Under the pieces are notes generated by a model, which had not been told where the DNA came from, searched no databases, and worked only from the letters and a program-made list of their open reading frames with translations. Position numbers and translations under genes: made by a program. Below, piece after piece: positions 27,458 through 39,400 of a DNA stretch of 64,000 nucleotides (within the stretch, counting starts at the first letter, position 1; the number at the start of each line of letters is the position of its first letter). Source of the stretch: Haliotis rubra (lineage: Eukaryota); contig NW_025767313.1 of the NCBI RefSeq assembly GCF_003918875.1, positions 372,001 through 436,000 on the forward strand, in the 5' to 3' direction.

Positions 27458-30400
27458 TCATCTATCAACAGTGCCTTGTATAATCTCACGGATCTTCTCA
27501 GCATCAGCCTGTAGCCCTTTGTTGTCTCGGTCCAGCTTCAGAGCAGCTCCGTAGTCTTGGAGACCTGGAACAGAACATCATCACATTGTCATGCACAGAG
27601 ATGCTGGCTGCACATCACTTCATTTTAACACAGGGGTGGATGCAGCTTTTTGAGAAAGGTGGGGTGCACACTGTTGAGAACAGGACGGGTGCACACTTCA
27701 TTTTCACCCGTGTTTGAATGGTCATTTAACAAACTTTCAGCACAAAAGTTACATAGAACAATACCAGAAACAAAGTGTTGGTTTGGACTTGCAGAACCGA
27801 CATGTCATCTCAGAATTGCCGTACTTGAATGGCTTTTAACTATCAACTTTTCCATATCTGAACATATACTTAAAGGAAAGACAGGGAGGAAGATCAGTCA
27901 CCAGTTATGTTTTTGTATCATTGCAGCCACTAGAAAACACGAGTAACATTACATCAAACTGTCAGCACAAATCAATATTGAAATAAGTGTCTGTCAGTGA
28001 GCATGAAGGGTGAACAAATATAAACATCAGTACATTTGAATGACTTCCTGCAAATATCGTGATACACCATGAAGCATACAATGAACTTATTCAGCTGTTA
28101 CAGTAAGATTAGGGAAGGAGGTATCTTATTCATATAACTGGTAGAATGTGGTGACCATTGCTAAAGGTACCAAGACAATTCTGCTTTACTAGTCAGGGTT
28201 ATGAAATCCACATTCAATGAAATAGACATCAAACATCAACTTGTAGCTGACCTTCAATATACATCTCAAGCTGACAGAATGCTGTTCCCCGCCTCACGAG
28301 GGCCTTGCATCGACTAGCAGCATTCTGGGGTACTGGAGGATGGAGCAGGTCCATTGCCTGTAGCACACAGCACGGGAATAAATAGTTGTGATAATCAGGG
28401 TAGAGTGATTAAATTGGTTAACTCATTTACCAACATTTCAGTCACTTTTTCATGGTGTTTGGGGACCGTTCATAATTTATGGCTAAGGGGTGGGAGTGGT
28501 GGATTATGATTATAAAGGGCGGTGCACCCATTAAGTTCTGGGGAGGTAGGGGGGTCATCAAATCAGTTTTGTACACATGTACTAGGGAGGTGTCAATGAT
28601 TTTGTACATGACATGCAGGGGCGTCACTTGCTTTGTACATAAATTTTAGGGGGGGGTCTTTCACATTGTACATACTTCTCCATAAAAATCATCATCATCA
28701 CCCCCACACACAAAGCACGCATCACCTGCCATTAAATATGAACGGTCCCTTACAGGAACAAAACTTCTACTTGTCCTATGTACTATTATGAAGTTTGATT
28801 TGGATGACAGGCAATGGTCTGATCCATTAAGCCTGATGTAGGACGAGGATGAAGAGGAGATGCTGTGTTAGTCAATAAACATTCACTCACAGACAAGTAG
28901 GAATAAAAATGTGAATATCAGAATGAGCTAACATTGTTCATAGCAAATGTTTGTCAAAACAATTATAGTAATGATGATAGACAGAAATGTATTGTCACAC
29001 GCAAACACGTGAAACCTACCTTTGAACAGTCTTCTATGCACTTAATGAGGTTACGAAGCTTCAGGTGACAGGCTGCTCTGTTGGAGTACAATCTTGTCAC
29101 AGGTTAAGGAAAACAGAATCTAAACAATACAATGTGTTTGCTGTAGCTGCAGTGATACAAACTTGACGTGTTACCAGCAGGAAGTAACAGGGTAAAAATA
29201 ACAGTGTCCTTGTCTTTACATCAACATCATGCAGCACAATGTCTTTAATTACTGAAGACTTAGCGGTACCATCCTGATGGGGGTTTGATCACATATCATT
29301 GGGGGTATTGGTGAATGTGATGATCTTCACACTGTATCATATTTTGCTGACCCCTTCCCAGTTTTGCAACATTTTATCATGCCCAACTACAAATACGATA
29401 ATGTAATATTTCATGACACACCTCCCGAATGTATAAATAAAACCATATGATAAAATAAGACATTTTTTCATCACATCAACAATCCCCATACAGTTGTGAT
29501 AGAGTTTGCTGACACCACTTCTTATGTCGTGTCATTTTGTCTTGACCCCCTCCCCTCTATCATCGGATCATAGGTTTTAGGACATCATAAGTGCTCACTT
29601 GGGCTGTACTGAAGGATGTTGAATAAGAGAGACTTTGTAAGTTCTTGAATGATGGCATGTGTTTAGGATAAAGGATGAAAGACAACGACAAATATCCTTA
29701 GGTATCCAAAAACCCATAAGATGAGGATAATAAATGACCAGTCCTTCATAAAAACTGTCACATCTGTGATTACGGAGTGGCCACCAGCTATTAAATGTCA
29801 GTTACTGGCACATGTGAAAGTGACAAGCTGCTGATTTCTATCAGCTGACAAGGATACCCTGGCATCTGGTTGCGGAGCCGGATTGCATGTGTGTAGGCAT
29901 TCACAGCTGCTTGGTAGTCACCAGCCTTGAAGAATTCACTGAAAACAAGGCAATATACATTAGTTGGTGAGTATTCCACAGGATATGGGCAACAGGCTAC
30001 ATGTTACTACACAATGTGATATTAGAACACACTCCACCACTTACTTCCCCTTGTCCCGGAGCCACAGTGGGTTCTTCTCCTCCTCTGAAAGGTCTGCGTC
30101 AGCCAACTCCACAGTCTTCCGTGCCTCTGCCTGCTTTCTCAACCACTGAAATATACACCAAAATCCTCTTGTATTTCTCAGTCACTGAAATAAACTCCAA
30201 CTACTGAAGCTATTTGTCAGTCATTGAAGCTAACACCAACTTACTCTTGTACTTTCAACTCAACCACTGAAATGCATACACCGACCCCTATGTAGTTGTG
30301 GCGGTGGGGTAGCCTAGTGGTTAAAGCGTTCGCTCGTCACGCCGAAGGCCCAGGATCGATTAACCACATGGGTACAATGTGTGAAGCCCATTTCTGGTGT

Positions 30401-33400
30401 CCCCCGCCGTAATGTTGCTGGAATATTGCTAAAAACGGCGTAAAACCATATTCACTCACTCATGCTATGTAGTTACATGTTTGTGTAGAAACACTTGACA
30501 ATACTGAGTTATCTCCCCTGTAACATAATAGCTTCAACAAAAGTTACACTGTGAAAACTGCTCAGAATTTCAACCTCAGTCCAACCTATGTTTCTTCTTC
30601 TGTTTCTGAACCTGATACATAAACATATCAAGTGTATCTATTCTAAATTACTACTTGCCTGCATGATGAAATATCTCACATCAAAATAAAATAAAGACTC
30701 ACAATTTTACAGTATAAACTTCATAATGTTACACTGTACAACAGTAACAAATATGACAGAATAAAACAAACAATGTTCCATTCTACTATGTTTACCCTAC
30801 TGTATTCCAGAGTTTGTACCAGACTTGCACAGCCACGGGTGACTATGCAAAGGGGGTAACAGATGAAGCGTAAAGGGTCATCATTGTCCAAAGAATGAAA
30901 TGTTTATATCAAATGATGATCTTTCAACAAATTTATCATTTATTCTGTCGTTATAAATAACTGACGACACACTGTCACCACAGCCCGAAGTTGTAAGGTA
31001 ATCCTGTAGGCCCAACACAAACTGCATCAAACAGACATCAACAGTTTTCTCCATATGGCTCTGAACTTCATGGGCTACTGGGGACATTGGTAGAGGTTAA
31101 ATTAGATTTAGGTGCATATTTGGATCTTTGCAAGGAATATACTTGATTTACAGATTATTCTAAACGCCAGTTGGTCAATGGACAAATCAAAAATAAGCAT
31201 GAAGAAAATGTTTCACAAACATGTTGGGTTTTTTTCTATAAATCTTGTGCTTAAATACTTCTTTCAAGTTAGTGGTAATCAAGCATTTCCAAAGAGGTAT
31301 CTAACTTTGAAAGCAGAAGCCCTCCAAGACTCAACAAGGAAATCTATATGATGTTAATCATTGATGCAATAGGCTGCCTACCTCTTCCTCCATTGGGGCC
31401 TGGGATTCCCGCACTGGGGTAGGGAACACTCTGGGGGTGTGGCTCACTTCTATCCTGCCTGACTGACGAGTTGGTGCACCCTTCCCAGTCTCAAATATGC
31501 TTGTTTTTTTACCTGCAACCACTGACATATTAGCAAAGCCCCCGAGAAGACTCAGAAAACAGATGCCAGTGCTCAGAACAACCATCATCCATAATCTTGA
31601 CAGTATTACAATACCTTGACCGTGTCAGAATCTTTCTGTTATTAGATATGTTACACATATACATATACACATATACATACCAACAGAAAATCATATCAGA
31701 AGACAAAATTAAGTGGTACACAGATTTAAAGACAAACTATGCAAAATACCTTTCTTCCTTTCTTCGATTTTCTTTCTTTCATTTTCTTCCCTTTGTTGTT
31801 CAAGAAGATGTTGCTTATGCTTGAAAATAGAAAAGTCAAACATCAACTCACAATATGAACCCCCATGTACCAGTTTCACATGGGAAGTGTAGAAAACTGC
31901 ACAACTACATGTAAAAGCCATCATGAATACAGTGTTTCACGATGACACATCAGGAACAACATTCCATTGGCAAATTGCAGATGCTTCACACACTATTTCA
32001 AGCTGGACCTATTCAATCTAGAGACCAGTCTCTAAATATTAGTAAATAATGACATTTGGACCAGACAATCCAGTGATCAAGAGGAAACAAGAGAAAGGGA
32101 ATAATTTGAGATAGGATAAGTTATACAAATTAACCTCTAATCAATATATGTACTTACAGCTTCTGCCTGTGCCTTCTGTTCATCTTTCCATCTCTCAAGA
32201 GCATCAGTAGCAGCTTTGCGCTCTGACTGTTTGATGTTCTCAATTCTCTGTTTCTCGCTGTCTTCAAGCTGTCAAATACACATACATATATGTTAACAAA
32301 CATACTAACAGCTAAAACTGGTAAATACATTCTACGGGTTATCATAGCCGTTAGTACAGGTCCACATAAACAAATTGCCATTTAATGACAACCACGAACA
32401 ATGATTTGAATTGCAAAGAACCTGAAAACATCAAGAAACAAGACTTTGAAATAGTTTTCACATTCCAAATTCCACTTTACGCCATCCAAAATACAGGAGA
32501 GATAGTTCCACGATGAAAAAAAACAGTATAGAAGGGACCGTTCATAATTTATGGCTAGGGGGGTTGATGATGATTTTAAGGGGGGGCGCCCATTTTGTTC
32601 TGGGGAGGTAGGGGGGTCCTCAATTTTGTACACATGTACAAGGGGGTCATCAATTTCTTACATAAAAAGGGGAATGGGGGTCATTGATTTGATTTTGTAC
32701 ATGATGTGCAGGGGGGGGGCACTTACTTTGTATATAAATTTTAGGTGGGGTCATTCACATTGTACATGCTTCTGCATAAAAAATCATCATCACCCCCCTT
32801 GCCATGAATTATGAATGGCCCCTAACATAACTCCGATCCAGAAGGATGCTGTCTGTGAGGGTGGTTCACCAGCAAGCTCTATGTGTAAGTACTTGATACA
32901 GATCTACATAGGTCATACACTACCTTCATCATCTGATTGATGGCATATCTGTCATCCTCTCTCTTCTTTTCAGCCTTAGCCTTTCCCGCTTCCTGTTGTC
33001 TGCTGTGTTCTTGTGCCTGAGATTCCTCTCGCTTCTTCCTCATCACCTCCTTGTTTCCTGTAACACAACACAAGTTTACATCACCTCCTTGTTTCCTGTA
33101 ACACAACACAGGTTTACATCACCTCCTTGTTTCCTGTAACACAACACAGGTTTACATCACCTCCATCACCTCCTTGTTTCCTGTAACACAACACAGGTTT
33201 ACATCACCTCCTTGTTTCCACACTCCTTGTTTCCTGTAACACAACACAGGTTTACATCACCTCCTTGTTTCCTGTAACACAAAACAGGTTTACATCACCT
33301 CCTTGTTTCCTGTAACACAACACAGGTTTACATCACCTCCTTGTTTCCTGTAACACAACACAGGTTTACATCACCTCCTTGTTTCCTGTAACACAACACA

Positions 33401-36400
33401 GGTTTACATCACCTCCTTGTTTCCTGTACCACATACTGGGTTTACATCACCTCCTTGTTTCCTGTAACACAACACAGGTTTACATCACCTCCTTGTTTCC
33501 TGTAACACAACACAGGTTTACATCACCTCCTTGTTTCCTGTAACACAACACAGGTTTACAGATGTTAACTAGGTTGAATTTACTCCTTTGGTGAAATAGA
33601 ATTATTTCATCCATTAATACATAACATGAAACAATACTTTTTACCAGATTTCTGTACCACTGGTATCATGGTTCTACAATTCTGAATTCTTTTGTCTTTG
33701 AATTGGCACCCTGTGGAACTATTATCTATTCTCTGCCATTTTATAGAATAGAAGAATGGCAAGAGCAACAGAAACATATAAGGGCATTTCAAAATAGAAC
33801 TACATCAATGTAATTAGGTTTAACTATTCCCTACACTTTACTGCAACCAAAGCTCGCCAAAGCCATATTGAACAAATCAAGAAATTTACAGTAGAAGCCC
33901 AACATGTTTGACCAGTTTCTGTTCTTAAATACTGAAAACTAATCTGTCCAAGAATACCATCATATATTAACACAAGCTTACATGGTTTGGTATTAAACAG
34001 TAACCTTTGTTCCAGTTGCTGTGGAGTTGACATTCTATTATTGCTCCATTCCGGAAGCAAAGGGAAAACAACAAGATTGTTCTGGGTAAACCTGAGTAAC
34101 CCTAGCAGAAAAAAATGTAATAACACTTTACCTGCATCATCTGATTGCAGCTGCCCCCAAATTTCCGGTTCTTTCTTCTTGAGTTTAAACACAACTGTTC
34201 CATTTCCAACATTGGCAGAGCTCTGTGCATCATCAACTGGAGACTTCAGGAGGCATTCAAAGATGTAAGGGGGATAGCTCACCTGAAGCAACATTCATCA
34301 AATATATATAATCATGTGACTATTAAACTTCTAGTGCCTCATGGACGGTGAGGTTGCCTAGGGTTAAAGTGGTCGCTTGTCATGCTGAAGACGGGTTTGG
34401 ATTCCCCACATGGGTACAATGTGTGAAGCTCATTTCTGGTATTCCCTGCCGTGATATTGCTGGAATGTTGCTAGAAGCAGCATAAAACTAAACTCACTCA
34501 CTCACTCCAAGCGCCTCACAGACAGCTTGGGTTTTCGGGGTAATAACAGATGTTAACTAGGTTGAATTTACTCCTTTGGTGAAATAGAATTATTTCATCC
34601 ATTAATACATAACATGAAACAATACTTTTTACCAGATTTCTGTACCACTGGTATCATGGTTCTACAATTCTGAATTCTTTTGTCTTTGAATTGGCACCCT
34701 GTGGAACTATTATCTATTCTCTGCCATTTTATAGAATAGAAGAATGGCAAGAGCAACAGAAACATATAAGGGCATTTCAAAATAGAACTACATCAATGTA
34801 ATTAGGTTTAACTATTCCCTACACTTTACTGCAACCAAAGCTCGCCAAAGCCATATTGAACAAATCAAGAAATTTACAGTAGAAGCCCAACATGTTTGAC
34901 CAGTTTCTGTTCTTAAATACTGAAAACTATCTGTCCAAGAATACCATCATATATTAACACAAGCTTACATGGTTTGGTATTAAACAGTAACTTTTGTTCC
35001 AGTTGCTGTGGAGTTGACATTCTATTAACAACAAGATTGTTCTGGGTAAACCTGAGTAACCCTAGCAGAAAAAAATGTAATAACACTTTACCTGCATCAT
35101 CTGATTGCAGCTGCCCCCAAATTTCCGGTTCTTTCTTCTTGAGTTTAAACACAACTGTTCCATTTCCAACATTGGCAGAGCTCTGTGCATCATCAACTGG
35201 AGACTTCAGGAGGCATTCAAAGATGTAAGGGGGATAGCTCACCTGAAGCAACATTCATCAAATATATATAATCATGTGACTATTAAACTTCTAGTGCCTC
35301 ATGGACGGTGAGGTTGCCTAGGGTTAAAGTGGTCGCTTGTCATGCTGAAGACACGGGTTTGGATTCCCCACATGGGTACAATGTGTGAAGCTCATTTCTG
35401 GTATTCCCTGCCGTGATATTGCTGGAATGTTGCTAGAAGCAGCATAAAACTAAACTCACTCACTCACTCCAGCGCCTCACAGACAGCTTGGGTTTTTCCG
35501 GGGTAATAATAATCAGATTGTGTGTTAGCGCTTTGTGTCAGCATGTGCCTTGTAGTTGTACATGGAAAAGGCTCATTATAAATTCACAATTATTTTTATC
35601 ATTGTAGCTTCAAAGCTAATAATGTTGGTTGCAATACATCAGATGTTAACTAGGTTGAATTTACTCCTTTGGCGAAATAGATTTCATCCATAAATACATA
35701 ACATGAAACAATACTTTTTACCAAGATTTCTGTACCACTGGTATCATGGTTCTACAATTCTGAATTCTTTTGTCTTTGAATTGGCACCCTGTGGAACTAT
35801 TAGATATTCTCTGCCATTTTCTAGCATAAAAGAATGGCAAGAGCAACAGAAACATATAAGGGCATTTCAAAATAGAACTACATCAATGTAATTAGGTTTA
35901 ACTATTCCCTACACTTTATTGCAACCAAAGCTTGCCAAAGCCATATTGAACAAATCAAGAAATTTACAGTAGAAGCCCAACATGTTTGACCAGTTTCTGA
36001 TCTTAAATACTGAAAACTATCTGTCCAAGAATACCATCATCTACTTGTGATATTAGTCTCAGGAAATAATGTTGGCACAGTATTTCCTGAGACTAATATG
36101 ACAAGTAGATGATGGTATTCTTGGACAGATAGTTTTCAGTACTTAAGATCAGAAACTGGTCAAACATGTTGGGCTTCTACTGTAAATTTCACATTGTACA
36201 TGCTTCTGCGCCACATTACAAGAAGTTGAAGAACCTTAAATTAGTTTACTGTTATGGGGACTAATTCAGGACAGCCACCATCCAAATATTTAAAAAGTTC
36301 AAAACTATGTAGTCAAGACATGTGAGACTTTATTGTAATTATTTATATGACGCTAATCTGTATTCTATGTAATCCTTATCACTTCCGCATTATACATTGA

Positions 36401-39400
36401 CTTGTCAGGCAATTCATTACTGTATTTGACATTTATAACCTTAATTGGTCATCCCCCTTGGCCGTGTCTGCCATCACATCAACTAGTCAAGGAAGTGCTA
36501 TTGTTTTTCTATCTGTCCATAGTTGAGTCGTCGCCTGCCCATTGTTGTAAAGAACTGTATGTATATGCTCACATATTCATTGTCATAGGGTACAAGTCAG
36601 GTATTCCGACTGTCTGTAGGGACGACCATGAGCAGGAGAATGCCGCTCGCAGGAAATGTCATGGGGTTGAGCGGTTACTCTGCTCACCTCATTTATGTCT
36701 TGTGTATTAGTTTGTCATGTAACTAATGAAGTTTGAGCTTAACATATTCCTTCGTCTTGTCAACGTATTGTACATACACTTCATCTTAAACATGAGCTAG
36801 TTCCCTAGACCACACATCTAGGCGTTGACATTACAATAACAATCATGGACTGTTTCACCTACAGGGCAGGAATGAAATCCCCATGTTAGCTGCATAAGAA
36901 TGAATGGCCGTAATCGTAATGCCGTAAATGCTTGGAAAATGCTTTTTGGCTTCAATATCAATATGATGCATTTGACACAAGATAAAAGCACATATATGAT
37001 ACATGTACGACCTAGTTGGATATTAAAGCTCAGATGAAAAAATGCACTTGAGGGGTGACTTCACAGGAGGAAATTTTAACGTTTTAACAACATTCGTAAA
37101 TATTCTAAGTACAAACTGTAGTTTTGAAATACAGACTATAATTATTCATATCGCCTCAACTAATTAAATTACATAAATGATTGTAAAAAGTTTTGGTTTT
37201 TTTTAACATCTATGTGTGAAAAAGATGGAACTCTTGTAGTAGTTATATTCAAAATAATTACGTTAAAAGTCTTAATTCAAATCGCATAGATAATCTTGTT
37301 CACCCATAGAAGTTTCACTTGGTGTATGAGTCCTGAACTGGCAACATGCGATTTGATATCTTTGCAGAACAATTAATTTCAAATTTATACCAGTATTTCA
37401 TACTGGAGAAACAAAGGGGGAAATCTCTCGTCAGCTATGACAGGGTTTACTATAGAATGTGTAAAGCCCTTAATTTGACATATAATCAGGTTTACCAAGT
37501 TGTAAACAAACCAGTTACCTCAGGGGTCGTGTCAAAATGAAAACCATGTAGGAAACACAAACTGGATAGCTTTGATAAGGGTGTCATACGCCGTGCAGTA
37601 TATAAACTGTATGAATGCCTAATCCCACCGACGTGTGCTAAAATACAAGATGAGATCAAAGACACAATAAATGTCTCGAAAACATCACTTATTGTAGCTC
37701 TGGTAGAAATGGGGTTCAGGTACACCAAAAGGGGAGATGACAGAGCTGTGTTTTGAGAAAAGTACTCAATCCTGTCCATGTGATTGGCTTATCTCAGAAC
37801 AGTTGAAGAATACCACAATTTGGGGTTTCAAATTATATACCTTGATGAAACCTGGTGTAATAAAAATCACTCAACCGATCGGTTGTGACTTCCTTCAGAT
37901 TGTTCTAAGACACCAGTGTTACCATCAGGCAAAGGTAGACGCCTGATCATCCTGCATGCTGGTACCCGTAGCAAGGGACTGATTGGGGGTTGTGACTTTG
38001 TTTTTGAGGCCAAGAAATCTGATGGTGATTACCATAGCCAAATGAATGGGCAGGTATTTTTGGATTAGTTCGAACATCAGCTTTTACCGCAGCAGGACGA
38101 ACCAAGCGTTATCATTTTGGATAACGCCAGTTACCATAACCTGCATGTCCCTGGTACCATCACACCCACCATGAGCAATCTCACGGCTCAGTTGCAGGAT
38201 TTTCTCACTTCCTGTAACGTGCCTTACAGGCAATAAGAAACAAAGCCCCAGTTCATGGAAAACATCCGGCAGCACAAAAAGCCAATCCAGTACATCACTG
38301 ACGAACTATCTGCAAAACAAGGCCACATAGTTCTGCGTATACCAATACGGCACTGTGAGCACAATCCCATCGAGCTGATCAGGGGTAACTGTAAGAATTT
38401 TATTGCTCGCAATAATACCACATGCAAGCTTTCAGAGAATTACCCCACCCCAGAAGTGTGGCAAAAGGCTGAAGACCGTGTTCTCAAAATCGAGGACGAA
38501 TGCCGCCTGTGGGGCGGCGTTAACGTCAGCCGAGTTGCACCTGTTGTAATTCCGCTAGAGTCCTCGACCAGCAGTGATACTGACACTTGATATTTTGAGA
38601 CGGTCCCTGACATGCACTGCCCTTGTGTTCCATGAACGCTGTCACCCTGTCTGCCTGCCAGGTTGGTCACAGTATAGTTTGTTTCTTAGAAGTGTTTCTA
38701 CCATGGAACTTTTTCCAAGTTTTTCGATATTTTACGAGTAATCATTATGATTAGGGAATGGTACATTGTGATTACTCATATGCCATATTAGGTCGAGGTG
38801 GTATGAATGATTATATATGAGTTTGAATCTGAAATATCAACCATAATCAAATAATTGCCAAAAAGCATTTTCCAAGCATTTCTGGCATTACTTTAATATT
38901 CCCACTACCTCAAATGACTGCTGAGCTGACATCTTCTGAGTTGGACAGAAAGAGCCTGGGCAAGATCATTGTTACCCATACAAAATATTCTTATAAGTTT
39001 CTCATACAAAATAAGAAAAAGATGAAAAGTTCTTATAAGAAATTTTTGTCACTAAGAAAAATATAAGATTCGTATAAGAAACACCATTATAATTTCTTAT
39101 AAGTTTCTTATTCCCAATTATTTCTTATAAGAATCTTATAAGAATTCATCTTCTTATAAGAATCTTATAAGATCTTATAAGGTAAAACCGTACGGGTATC
39201 TACATTTCTATAATTCTATTTATACTAGGGACAATCTTGACTAGAGAATCTCAAATCTTAACTTTGTAATATTTGGTGTGTAGTGGTGTGTGGTCCTGTG
39301 CATAGAGCTCAAGTCACAAATCAGTTGAAGATAAGCAACATTGGACACAGGAGTCCTTGGATAGGTGACAGTGTTTGGCAGCTTGACTCCTGAGAGTTTT

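Larger units (their letters stand above)
33558..36040. repeat. Local ~1-kb tandem duplication plus a partial third copy (33558-34545, 34546-~35510, 35640-36040)
   Basis: Each copy starts CAGATGTTAACTAGGTTGAATTTACTCC; the first two contain DNAAF4 exon 2 and a SINE. Confidence 0.9.
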
